Of a DNA stretch of 64,000 nucleotides, positions 1 through 10,295 are shown piece by piece. Numbering within the stretch: position 1 is the stretch's first letter; each line of letters opens with the position of its first letter. The stretch is taken from assembly GCA_963798845.1 (NCBI GenBank), contig CAWCUS010000002.1, positions 640,001 to 704,000 of the forward strand, in the 5' to 3' direction. A program made the position numbers and the translations under genes. The DNA comes from an uncultured Gemmatimonadales bacterium (GTDB lineage: Bacteria > Gemmatimonadota > Gemmatimonadetes > Longimicrobiales > RSA9). Under the pieces are notes generated by a model, which worked only from the letters and a program-made list of their open reading frames with translations, had not been told where the DNA came from and did not search any database.

Positions 1-237
1 AAGGGGATCGGGCCCTGGACTGCCCACATGTACCTGCTTTTCGACCTGGTCCGGCCCGACGTCTGGCCCGTCGGGGACCTGGGGGTCCGCGCCGGGATCG
101 CGCGCGTGCTGGGACTGGCGGAGCCGCCGTCGCCGCTGGAGATGGCGTGGATCGGCGTGGGCTACCGGCCGTGGCGGAGCGCCGTCGCGTGGTACTGCTG
201 GCGCGCGGTGGACACGATCACCCAGGACGCCGGCTGA
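1..237 (+). CDS. DNA-3-methyladenine glycosylase (AlkA/HhH-GPD family), 5'-truncated by the window edge
   Basis: Frame 1 reads KGIGPWTAHMYLLFDLVRPDVWPVGDLGVR...YRPWRSAVAWYCW, with the HhH KGIGxWTA motif and PxxD catalytic Asp. Confidence 0.85.
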   Translation, partial: KGIGPWTAHMYLLFDLVRPDVWPVGDLGVRAGIARVLGLAEPPSPLEMAWIGVGYRPWRSAVAWYCWRAVDTITQDAG

Positions 238-262
238 GAGGCGGACCCGGAGAGGCGAGCCT

Positions 263-283
263 GGCCCCCGGAGGCCGGGGGCC
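263..283. terminator. Hairpin between convergent genes, possible bidirectional terminator
   Basis: GGCCCCCGG-AGG-CCGGGGGCC perfect 9-bp stem; no U-tract. Confidence 0.4.
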
Positions 284-294
284 GATGACTCCGC

Positions 295-489
295 TCAGCC
301 GAGATAGCTCTCGATCCGCTTCTTTGCCTCTGCCACGTCGGCGACCCGGTCGCCGCGCCTGCTCCCGTCCTTCATCCGGAAGCTCGTGACGTTCGTGCCG
401 GGCACCTCGACGATGCGGGCGACCTCCTCGCCGTCCTGCATCGCCACGATCACGCGCTCGTTTTCCCGCTCGTAGACGATCTCCGCCAT
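295..489 (-). CDS. Small hypothetical protein (64 aa)
   Basis: MAEIVYERENERVIV...; GGAGGAG RBS upstream; protein-like composition. Confidence 0.65.
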   Translation of the reverse strand: MAEIVYERENERVIVAMQDGEEVARIVEVPGTNVTSFRMKDGSRRGDRVADVAEAKKRIESYLG

Positions 490-793
490 TGTCCCGTTCT
501 CCTCCGAGCGGTGGGTCTGCAGCGCGGCCGGCCCGCTCGGAAAGCCGGCGGCGTGCGCACGGCCGCCGGCCGTACGTCCTTCCTCCAAGGCACCGTATGC
601 CCCCGCGGCCGGGAGGCCAACCCCGGGCGTCGGCTTCCCCCGGAGGCTTGGGCGCCGGCCGCGACGGGACCGTCTCGCCGCACTCTGCTCGAGATGCCGG
701 GACGCCGCCGGGGACCGCCCTCTCCCGGGAGGCGACGGGGTGCTACTATTCCGGGTCGGGAAACGCGTGTGCGATCGTCACGGGAGGCGGGGC

Positions 794-1432
794 ATGACCG
801 AGGGTGTGCGGGGAGCTGAGGGCGAGGAGATGGCGAACGCCTGGACGCACGGCGTGGGCGTGGCGGCGAGCGTGGCAGGCGGCGCGCTGCTCATCGTCTT
901 CGCCGCGCTCCACGGGGACGCGTGGCAGGTGGTGGGCGTTTCGGTCTTCGCGGCGACGCTGCTCGCCCTCTACACCGCGTCGACGCTGTACCACACCTCC
1001 CGCTCGCCGCTCCGTAAGGAGCGCCTCAAGGTGCTCGACCACGCGGCCATCTACCTGCTCATCGCCGGGACGTACACGCCGTTCACCCTCATCGCGCTGC
1101 GGGGCGGCTGGGGCTGGAGCCTGTTCGGCGTGATCTGGGGGCTGGCCGTGGCCGGCGTGGGCATGAAGCTGGTGTACACCGGCCGCTTCAGGCTCCTGTC
1201 CACGGCGGTCTACGTGGGCATGGGCTGGCTCGTGCTCATCGCCATCGGGCCGCTGACGCGCAGCCTCGGGCCGGTCACCCTGGCGTGGCTGGTGGCGGGC
1301 GGCGTGGCGTACACGGCCGGGACCCCCTTCTACCATAGCCGCCGCGTGCCGTACGCCCACGCCGTCTGGCACCTGTTCGTCCTGGCCGGGAGCGTGTGCC
1401 ATGCCGTGGCGGTGGCCACGCTGATCGGCTGA
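794..1432 (+). CDS. Hemolysin III / PAQR family membrane protein (TrhA/YqfA-like)
   Basis: EExAN..THG, STLYH, LDHAAIYLLIAGTYTP and HAVWHLFVL motifs; about 7 TM segments. Confidence 0.92.
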   Translation: MTEGVRGAEGEEMANAWTHGVGVAASVAGGALLIVFAALHGDAWQVVGVSVFAATLLALYTASTLYHTSRSPLRKERLKVLDHAAIYLLIAGTYTPFTLIALRGGWGWSLFGVIWGLAVAGVGMKLVYTGRFRLLSTAVYVGMGWLVLIAIGPLTRSLGPVTLAWLVAGGVAYTAGTPFYHSRRVPYAHAVWHLFVLAGSVCHAVAVATLIG

Positions 1433-1552
1433 GGTCGCACGCCCCCGCACGCTCGGAACCTCAAAGGGGCCGGCGCCCGGTGGAAGACGGATCGCTGCCG
1501 CCGCACGCGCCACGCCCGTGCAGGCGCCAGCGGAACGGGGAGGGGCAGCGGA

Positions 1553-1584
1553 TGTGAAATGGCCCGCCGACGTGGCCGGCGGGC
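1553..1584 (-). terminator. Probable terminator of the cold-shock gene
   Basis: GCCCGCCG/CGGCGGGC stem followed by CATTTCAC on the minus strand. Confidence 0.4.
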
Positions 1585-1595
1585 GATCGGAAGGC

Positions 1596-1814
1596 TCAGG
1601 CCTCTTCCAGCCGCGTCACGCCCTCGGCCCGCGGACCCTTCGGGTCCTGCACCAGCTCGTACTCCACGCGCTCACCCTGCGCGAGGGACTTGAACCCGCT
1701 GCCCTCAATGGAGGAATGGTGCACGAACACGTCCTTGCCTCCCCTGTCGGGCTGGATGAAGCCGTATCCCTTGTCGTCCATGAAACGCACGACTGTACCG
1801 GTCTCTCGCGCCAT
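1596..1814 (-). CDS. Cold-shock protein (CspA family)
   Basis: MARETGTVVRFMDDKGYGFI...DVFVHHS carries the RNP1/RNP2 motifs; 72 aa. Confidence 0.95.
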   Translation of the reverse strand: MARETGTVVRFMDDKGYGFIQPDRGGKDVFVHHSSIEGSGFKSLAQGERVEYELVQDPKGPRAEGVTRLEEA

Positions 1815-2051
1815 GATGTGATCCGTACCTGTGGGCTGTGGGTTGTGTGAGCTGCGGGTGAACTGTCGCGGGGATGCGTCGCAAGGATCGTGCTTCGTGC
1901 GGCGACGCCGGAGCCAGCGTGCCGCCTCCGCAATCGGCTCATTCAGCCTAGTCCAGTCTCGCCGTGCTCGCAACCCATACGTTTGCGCTGCCGCCCTGGC
2001 CCCCGGCGTCGTCGGCCTTGAATGCCGACGCTCACTCCGCCACCATAGGGT

Positions 2052-2825
2052 ATGGCGATGAACCGTGGTGGAAGATGCAAGTCGTGCGCCCGGCGGACGG
2101 CCCGGAGTGCGGTCCTGGCCGGGATCGCCGCCCTCGCCGCCGCCTCCGCGGGGTGTGGCGCGCGAGGACGCTCCGGGGAACAGCCGGTCCCGGACAGCTA
2201 CGCGTTCCCGGGGATCACGGGGCGCCGGTGCGACCACACGGACTCCAGGGTCCAGGACCTCGCGTTCAGTGACATCGCGCGCCCGGGGACCGCGGGGAGC
2301 ATAGCGCTCTGGGGGCTCGGGTCCGCGCCGGCGGATACGGTGGTGGTTTCCGTGCGATACACCGGGGACGGCGAGCTCGACTGGGTCCAGCTGCTGTCGT
2401 CCAACGTGCCGACGGTGAACGCGGCGGAGCTCCTGCGCCTCCTCCGGGCCGCGCTCGTGGAGCGCTGGCGGGAGGGCGCGGGCGTTCGGCTCCGCATGGT
2501 GGGCGGGCATGTGGATGCGATCCTCCCGTCGGTCGTGTGCGAGGCGTACCCCGTACGGCGGCTCCCCGGAGTCCGGCGCCCCTTGCTTACCAGCCGGGAG
2601 TACCTGGAGTACCTGGAGGCGCGCGGACAGCGCTTCGACGTGCTGATCCGCCTCGACGACCAGGGGCGCGTGATGGACGTTCAGCTGCCGCAGCCGACCG
2701 GCTATCACGCGATCGACCAGTACCTGGTCGAGTATCCACGCGACTGGGAGTACGAGCCCCGCCTCCATGACGGCATCCCGGTGGCGACCACGCTGAGGCT
2801 CAGCATCCGCGTCGGCGGCCACTGA
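2052..2825 (+). CDS. Putative lipoprotein with TonB C-terminal-like domain
   Basis: Signal peptide with lipobox-like ASAGC; C-terminal VLIRLDDQGRV...TGYHAID...WEYEP..DGIPV resembles TonB_C. Confidence 0.6.
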   Translation: MAMNRGGRCKSCARRTARSAVLAGIAALAAASAGCGARGRSGEQPVPDSYAFPGITGRRCDHTDSRVQDLAFSDIARPGTAGSIALWGLGSAPADTVVVSVRYTGDGELDWVQLLSSNVPTVNAAELLRLLRAALVERWREGAGVRLRMVGGHVDAILPSVVCEAYPVRRLPGVRRPLLTSREYLEYLEARGQRFDVLIRLDDQGRVMDVQLPQPTGYHAIDQYLVEYPRDWEYEPRLHDGIPVATTLRLSIRVGGH

Positions 2826-2902
2826 GCACCGGGCGCCCTGCCACCCTTCACATCCGTGCCGGCGCTTGATCCCGGGCGCCATTTCCGCGACCATCCAGGG
2901 CT

Positions 2903-4495
<1,593 letters not shown>

Positions 4496-4571
4496 TCGGC
4501 GCGCGGGGTCTGGCGCCCGCTCGCTCGCGCGCGGCTCGCTCCCACCGACTGCCGTCCCCTATATTGACGGG

Positions 4572-4934
4572 ATGGAAGGGAGACACCTGCTCAAGAGCCT
4601 GAAGGACGACGGCTGGTACCTCGGGGATACGGACGGCGCCTGCCGCCAGTACGTTCACGCCGAGCGTGACGGGGTGGTCACCGTCTGGGTGGGCCACACG
4701 CATGAGCTCGGCGCGCGGGCCGCCGACGGGGCAAGGGCGCGGGCGGAAGGCACGGCCCCGCCCTCGGATCCCGACGCGGACGCCACGGTCGTCGTCGAGG
4801 CCACTCGCAACGGCTTCTCCGCCCACGCCGAGGCGTTCCCCGGCTGCGTCGCCACCGGCGAGACGGAGATCGAAGCCCGCGAGCGGCTGCAAACCGCGCT
4901 CTCGCTGCACCGCGCCGGACTCCGCTCCCGGTGA
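4572..4934 (+). CDS. HicA-like / HicB-like fusion protein
   Basis: N-half LKDDGWY..GxxRQYVH...GVVTV is HicA-like; C-half VVVE..GFSA...FPGCVATGET..EA is HicB N-domain-like. Confidence 0.7.
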   Translation: MEGRHLLKSLKDDGWYLGDTDGACRQYVHAERDGVVTVWVGHTHELGARAADGARARAEGTAPPSDPDADATVVVEATRNGFSAHAEAFPGCVATGETEIEARERLQTALSLHRAGLRSR

Positions 4935-5449
4935 GGATCGTCGCCGGGGAGTGGGCGGGGACGGACCTCACGTCCCCGGGTGGCCGCGTGCGCCCCACGG
5001 CCGAAGAAGTGCGCGACCGCTGGATTCGACTCCTGGAGCCCGACCTCCCGGGAGCCCGGGCGCTGGAGCTCTACGCCGGCACGGGGGCCGTGGGGCTGGA
5101 GGCGCTGTCGCGAGGAGCGGCGAGCGTGGACTTCGTCGAGAACAACCCGGCCACGCTGCACGCGCTGAAGGCGAACATCGCCACGGTCCGGGCTACGCCG
5201 CGGACGCGGGTCTTCACGCGCGACGCGCTCCGCTTCGCCTTCATCCTTTCACCCCGCTCCTACGACCTGGCCCTGGCCGACCCCCCGTACGGCTCGAGGC
5301 AGACCGATCGGCTGGTGGAGCGCTGGCTGGACGTGCCGTTCGCGTCCGTGCTGGCGGTGGAGCACGCCGCCGAGCACCACCTCCCGGGCTCCGCCGAGCG
5401 TCATCGGGTGGGTGACGCCACGATCAGCGTGTACAGGAGGGGAGAATGA
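4931..5449 (+). CDS. rsmD: 16S rRNA m2G966 methyltransferase (RsmD family)
   Basis: MRIVAGEW.G, RPT, LELYAGTGAVGLEALSRGA, DPPY. Confidence 0.88.
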   Translation: MRIVAGEWAGTDLTSPGGRVRPTAEEVRDRWIRLLEPDLPGARALELYAGTGAVGLEALSRGAASVDFVENNPATLHALKANIATVRATPRTRVFTRDALRFAFILSPRSYDLALADPPYGSRQTDRLVERWLDVPFASVLAVEHAAEHHLPGSAERHRVGDATISVYRRGE

Positions 5450-6255
5450 GCGCCGGAGATCCGGGCGAGGCGTCCCGCTGGATCGCGTTCACGCGGGCGG
5501 TCGGGCCGCGGCTGGTGGAATGCGAGCTGACGCACCTGGCCCGGGCGCCGATCGACGTCGAGCGGGCGGCGGCCCAGCACGAGGCGTACGAGGCGGCGCT
5601 TCGCGGCCTCGGCTGCCAGGTCGTGCGGCTCCCCGACCTTCCGGACCACCCGGACGGCGTCTTCGTCGAGGACGTTGCCGTGGTGCTGGACGGTGTGGCG
5701 GTGGTCACGCGCCCCGGCGCGGCGTCCCGCCGCGGCGAGGTGGTCGGGATGGCGGAGATGCTGCGGCCGCACCGGCCGGTCCGCTGCATCGAAGAGCCAG
5801 CGCGCCTCGACGGCGGCGACGTGCTGGTTGCGGGGAAGCGCGTTTTCGTCGGCGCGTCCGCGCGCACCGACCTCGAGGGCGCACGGCAGCTCGCGGCCAT
5901 TCTGGAACCGCTGGGCTACCAGGTGCGGCGCGTCACCGTGCGGGGCTGTCTGCACCTGAAGACCGCGGTGACGGCCGTGGCGGACGGGGTGCTGGTGCTG
6001 AACCCCGCGTGGGTGGAGCGGGGGGCGTTCCCGGGCTTCGACACGATCCCTGTGGCCGAGCGCGAGCCGCTGGCCGCCAACGTGCTCCGGATCGGCGACG
6101 CAGTGCTGGTTCCCGCCGCGCATCCCCGTACGGCCGAACGCATTGCCGCGGCGGGTGTATCCAATCAGGTTGCATTGGACGTATCGGAACTCGCGAAGGC
6201 GGAGGCGGGGGTGACGTGCTGCAGCCTCGTGCTCCGCACGGAGGTGCCAGAATGA
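5446..6255 (+). CDS. Dimethylarginine dimethylaminohydrolase (DDAH) family
   Basis: ELTH, PDGVFVED, SRRGE, LDGGDVL, LHLKT and C-terminal GVTCCS catalytic Cys. Confidence 0.9.
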   Translation: MSAGDPGEASRWIAFTRAVGPRLVECELTHLARAPIDVERAAAQHEAYEAALRGLGCQVVRLPDLPDHPDGVFVEDVAVVLDGVAVVTRPGAASRRGEVVGMAEMLRPHRPVRCIEEPARLDGGDVLVAGKRVFVGASARTDLEGARQLAAILEPLGYQVRRVTVRGCLHLKTAVTAVADGVLVLNPAWVERGAFPGFDTIPVAEREPLAANVLRIGDAVLVPAAHPRTAERIAAAGVSNQVALDVSELAKAEAGVTCCSLVLRTEVPE

Positions 6256-6422
6256 AGCGAAGCCTCGTCGTGGCCATGGCGCTCGTGCTCGGTGCGGGAT
6301 TCACGGCATGCAAGTCCTCGACGGGCCCCGACCGGGATCCGACGCCGAAGCAGGACCAGGATCCCGGGGGCGGGAAGGCGCCGCTGGTCGGGATGGTGCT
6401 CCTGGCGCCGCCCGTCGCCTGA
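6252..6422 (+). CDS. Small lipoprotein (56 aa)
   Basis: MKRSLVVAMALVLGAGFTAC lipobox; ATGA overlap with the DDAH stop; GGAGGT RBS. Confidence 0.65.
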   Translation: MKRSLVVAMALVLGAGFTACKSSTGPDRDPTPKQDQDPGGGKAPLVGMVLLAPPVA

Positions 6423-6428
6423 AGAAGG

Positions 6429-6707
6429 GTGAAAGCCACGGCTGAAGTCCAGGTCATTCCCATCGGAGCGGGCGTGTCCGTGCGCCGCGAGGTGAAGCGC
6501 GCGCACCAGGTCCTCGTCGACTCCGGGCTCCACGTGGAGCTGCACGCCAACGGCACCAACATGGAGGGCGAGCTGGGCGACGTCCTGGACGCGATCCGGC
6601 GGGTGCACGAGACGCTGCACGCGGAGGGCACGGCGAGGATCGCGACGTTCGTGAAGCTGGGGACGCGCACGGACAAGGAGCCGTCCCTCGGCGGCAAGCT
6701 GTTCTAG
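6429..6707 (+). CDS. Thiamine-binding protein (MTH1187/YkoF-like family)
   Basis: AEVQVIPIGAGVSV...LHANGTNMEGE...KLGTRTDK. Confidence 0.85.
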   Translation: MKATAEVQVIPIGAGVSVRREVKRAHQVLVDSGLHVELHANGTNMEGELGDVLDAIRRVHETLHAEGTARIATFVKLGTRTDKEPSLGGKLF

Positions 6708-6755
6708 GGCCCGCTCGATCCCATCCCGGGAGCGGGCCGCAGCGCCGGAGGAAAC

Positions 6756-7106
6756 GTGATCGGATTCATGATGTTCATCTTCACGATCGTGGCCGGGGTC
6801 CTGGTGCTCGTCCGGGGACTCCAGTGGATCGGTCGCAGCCCCCGGTCGCTGGAGCCGCCGCGGGACGGCGGCCAGGGACGCGCCGAGCTGGAGCGCATCG
6901 AGGGCGCGCTCACGCGCCTCGAGGCCCGCGTGGACGACCTGCAGGACCAGCAGCGGTTCCTGGAGCGCCTGCTCGCCCGCCGGCAGGAAGACCCGGCGCT
7001 CCCGCCAGCCGCGCCCCGCGAACACCGGCCGTCCGCCGAAGCGACGGAAGGCGAGGCGGCTCCCTCGTCGAAGCCCGACAGCATCCTGTTCGACATCGGG
7101 GAGTAG
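6756..7106 (+). CDS. Hypothetical single-TM protein with coiled coil
   Basis: N-terminal hydrophobic helix, then ELERIEGALTRLEARVDDLQDQQRFLERLL; GGAGG RBS. Confidence 0.7.
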   Translation: MIGFMMFIFTIVAGVLVLVRGLQWIGRSPRSLEPPRDGGQGRAELERIEGALTRLEARVDDLQDQQRFLERLLARRQEDPALPPAAPREHRPSAEATEGEAAPSSKPDSILFDIGE

Positions 7107-7135
7107 CGCGAGGAGGTCGTTCTGGGGGTGATGCG

Positions 7136-7462
7136 ATGCGGCTGACGAAGGCGGCGGAGCTCGAACGGGTGCTCGGCGATCCCATCGCCGTGATCTACAA
7201 GCACAGCCCGCTGTGCGGCGTATCGGCCATGGCGCTGCGCGAGGTCCGGTCGTTCATGGAGGACCACCCCGACATCCCGCTGTACGAGGTGGACGTGGTG
7301 CGGGATCGAGCATTGTCCCGCGCGTTGGAGGACCGGCTCGGCGTCCGCCACGAGTCGCCCCAGGCGCTGGTGCTGCGCGCCGGCGAGGTGGTGTGGCACG
7401 GCTCGCACCGCGCCGTGTCCCGCGCGGCCCTGGAGCGCGAGACCGGCGTCGACGCCGGCTGA
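7136..7462 (+). CDS. YtxJ/BrxC-like monothiol thioredoxin-fold protein
   Basis: YKHSxxCxVS, GVRHESPQ and VVWHGSH motifs. Confidence 0.88.
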   Translation: MRLTKAAELERVLGDPIAVIYKHSPLCGVSAMALREVRSFMEDHPDIPLYEVDVVRDRALSRALEDRLGVRHESPQALVLRAGEVVWHGSHRAVSRAALERETGVDAG

Positions 7463-7900
7463 TCAGCGGCCGGGGGCGCCCGGAACCGGACCAGTCCTCC
7501 CGTCGACGGGGGCGTAGGAGAGCCAGCGCCGGGGCTGTACAGTCTCCTCCAGCCTGGTCGTCCCCGCCGAGGCCACGGAGGGCGGTGCGAGAGTGAACAC
7601 CGCGTCGTACGGCGGGCGGTCCCACTTGCGCGCGTACACGGTGGCGCCGTTCACTGCCCCGATGGCCTGGAGCTCGTCTTCGTCGAGCGCCAGCGGGAAC
7701 CCGGACGCGACCCAGCGGCGCCCGTCGATGACCATCGGCTGCACGGACGGCTGCGGGGGCGCGTGGACGGCGGCCACCAGGTCCGACTGCGGCCGCGTCG
7801 CCGCTTCCTCCACGGGGATGTTCGTGTCCAGTCCCACGTCCTTGCACGCCGCGAGCGATGCGGCGGCCAGCGCGACGACGAGGGCGGGTGTACGGTTCAT
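7463..7900 (-). CDS. Hypothetical lipoprotein
   Basis: MNRTPALVVALAAASLAAC lipobox; AGGAG RBS. Confidence 0.75.
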   Translation of the reverse strand: MNRTPALVVALAAASLAACKDVGLDTNIPVEEAATRPQSDLVAAVHAPPQPSVQPMVIDGRRWVASGFPLALDEDELQAIGAVNGATVYARKWDRPPYDAVFTLAPPSVASAGTTRLEETVQPRRWLSYAPVDGRTGPVPGAPGR

Positions 7901-8095
7901 GCTGCTCCTGGAAGGATGGTCGCAACGCGGCCCGGCGCGTCCGGTACCGCCTGGCGCGGGCAAGATGCGGCCCGGGCGGAACCGGCGCCACCCCGGCGGG
8001 ACTGGACGTGCGCGGCCGCGGCCGCAACACTGTGGGGCGGCCCCCTCGGAGGAGCGGCGGCGGAAACGGATCGGCGGAACAAGGAGACACTGGCA

Positions 8096-8587
8096 ATGCG
8101 GATCGTGATCGACCCCGTGCCCCTCGTGCTGGGGATCTACGCCCAGGTCGGCGGGCTCATGAACCGGGCGGCGTCCCGTGCGGACGACCGTGATCCGCTC
8201 GAGTTGGGTCGGCGTTTCGGACAGCGGCGGGACGAGGGTGCGGAGCGCGACGTGAAGCGCCTGGTGAAGTCGGTGCACGCGGAAGTGAAGACGTCGGACA
8301 AGCTGCTGAAGAAGACGAACGACGTCTGGAAGCTGTCGTCCGGAGGCGATCGGGTGGAGCTGGTGGTGCACCGCCGAGGCGAGGCGGAGGACCCGAGATC
8401 GTACGTGCTGCTGCGCCCCGACGACGTGCGCGAGCTGCTCAGGTCGATCCGTTCGGCAGCGGAGGGCGCGGCGGAGGACGCGGAGACGCTGGCGCGCCTG
8501 GACGAGGCGGTGGAGTCGGTCGCGGGTCGCCCGAGCGACTACTACACGTTCGGCTTCGACCCGGAGCGGGAGGGACCGGCCGCATAG
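8096..8587 (+). CDS. Hypothetical protein
   Basis: AAGGAG RBS, ATG at 8096, typical codon usage; no family recognised. Confidence 0.65.
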   Translation: MRIVIDPVPLVLGIYAQVGGLMNRAASRADDRDPLELGRRFGQRRDEGAERDVKRLVKSVHAEVKTSDKLLKKTNDVWKLSSGGDRVELVVHRRGEAEDPRSYVLLRPDDVRELLRSIRSAAEGAAEDAETLARLDEAVESVAGRPSDYYTFGFDPEREGPAA

Positions 8588-8591
8588 CCGC

Positions 8592-8969
8592 TCATCCTTC
8601 CGGCTCGGGCTCTCCCTGTTCGTCGAACATGGGGCTGAGCTCCCGCCAGATCTCCTCAACCTGGTTGCGCAGACTGCGCACACGCCCCTCCTCTTCCGGC
8701 GAGTGCTGGAGGTGGTAGCGAGCAGCGCTCAGGGCGGCATAGGCCCGCCAGAGCGCAGCGGATGCGGGGGTCCGGTCGCGCCCGCCCCGCTTCTCGTTTC
8801 GGATGCGGGAGATCACCCACTCCGACAGCTCGTCGTCGAGCATGTAGACATCGCCATCCTCCTTCGCCTCCTGCTCCACGAACTTCTGCAGCTTCCGCTT
8901 GAAGCTTTTCGGCACCCCCGCGACCAGGTAGACCGAGATGTCGTCGCGCTCGACGATGTCCGCGCCCAT
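8592..8969 (-). CDS. Hypothetical protein
   Basis: GGAGGT RBS then MGADIVERDD; directly downstream of rnd. Confidence 0.7.
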   Translation of the reverse strand: MGADIVERDDISVYLVAGVPKSFKRKLQKFVEQEAKEDGDVYMLDDELSEWVISRIRNEKRGGRDRTPASAALWRAYAALSAARYHLQHSPEEEGRVRSLRNQVEEIWRELSPMFDEQGEPEPEG

Positions 8970-8983
8970 GTGACCTCCGCGTT

Positions 8984-10126
8984 CTAGTTCTCGTTCGTTC
9001 CGTTCTCGTGCAGCCCCTCGAGGAGGGCGCCCCCGAGAGCCTCGACCTGCCACCTGCGAATAGTGTCGACCCGCGCCAGGGCATTGAGCGACGTCGGCCT
9101 CTCCCGCGCCAGCGACTCCAGCTGGGATCGGGGCATGAGGAAGCCGCGCTCCAGCCCCAGCCGCTCCGCTTCCCGATCACGCACGTCCTTCAGCCGGTCC
9201 ACCTGCCGGTCGAACTCGGGATCCCGCGCCGGGCGACGCGGCGGCCGCGGCCGCTCGGGCAGATCTCCCTCCGGCATGGCGCGGGCGCGGTCCACGGCGG
9301 TCATCATGGCCTCGCCGTAGCGCCGCGCGTTGGACGTCGACAGCCGCGGCACGTTCGCCAGCTCCTTGCCGGTCCGCGGCATCTCGCGAGCCACGTCCAC
9401 CAGCGCCTCGTTGTTCAGGACGCGGAACGAAGCCACGTCCCGCTCCTCCGCCACCGCCTCGCGCCACCGGTACAGCTCGCGAAGCACGGCGAGGCCGCGA
9501 CGATCGAGATCGCGGGTGCCCTTCAGACGCAGGAACGTCGTGCCGGCATCGTCGGGCGGCTCCCAGCGGGTCTTCTCCGTGATGCCGAACTCCTCTTCCG
9601 CCCACTCGAGGCGGCGCATCTCGATGAGCCTCGCCCGCAGCGCGTCCCGCAGCTGCGGGAGGTAGCGCGTGTCCATGGCGGCGTACTCCAGCATCTCGTC
9701 CGGGAGCGGCCGCCGCGCCCAGTCCGCGCGCTGGTACTTCTTCTCCAGCGCGACCCCGAGCTCGTCCTCGAGCAGCTTGGCCAGCCCGAATGAGCGCTCG
9801 CCCAGGAAGCGGGCGGCGATCTTCGTGTCGAACAGCCCGGCGACGTGGATGCCGAAATCGCGGTCGAGGAGGCGCAGGTCGTAGTCGGCGTCGTGAAAGA
9901 CGATCTCCACGCCCGGGTCCTCGAAGACGTCGGCCAGCGGGTTGAGCGAGCCGAGCGCCACGGTGTCCACCAGCCACGTCTCGTCGCGGGTGGAGAGCTG
10001 GACCAGACACAGCGTGTCCAGATAGCGGTGGTAGCCCGCCGCCTCCGTGTCCGCAGCCACGAGCGTCTCGCCCGACAGGCGTTTCGCCAGTGCTTCGAGC
10101 TCGCGTATGGTTCCGATCAGCCGCAT
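8984..10126 (-). CDS. rnd: Ribonuclease D (DEDD 3'-5' exonuclease with HRDC)
   Basis: AADTE, LCLVQLS, VFHDADYDL, LFDTKIAA, QRADWARRPL, YAAMD and an HRDC region. Confidence 0.93.
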   Translation of the reverse strand: MRLIGTIRELEALAKRLSGETLVAADTEAAGYHRYLDTLCLVQLSTRDETWLVDTVALGSLNPLADVFEDPGVEIVFHDADYDLRLLDRDFGIHVAGLFDTKIAARFLGERSFGLAKLLEDELGVALEKKYQRADWARRPLPDEMLEYAAMDTRYLPQLRDALRARLIEMRRLEWAEEEFGITEKTRWEPPDDAGTTFLRLKGTRDLDRRGLAVLRELYRWREAVAEERDVASFRVLNNEALVDVAREMPRTGKELANVPRLSTSNARRYGEAMMTAVDRARAMPEGDLPERPRPPRRPARDPEFDRQVDRLKDVRDREAERLGLERGFLMPRSQLESLARERPTSLNALARVDTIRRWQVEALGGALLEGLHENGTNEN

Positions 10127-10295
10127 CCGGAGGTCGCGGTGCAAGGAATCTGCCGGTTTGCGCGCGTCCGACGGCGCTGGTACCATTGCGCCCGAGATCG
10201 CGCCGCTCCCGCGCAGGGTCGCGACAAGGTACGGTCTGACGCCCCGGTTTTCCACCGCGCCCGACCGCTGGCTCCCGGAACGCTCGCTCACGGCG

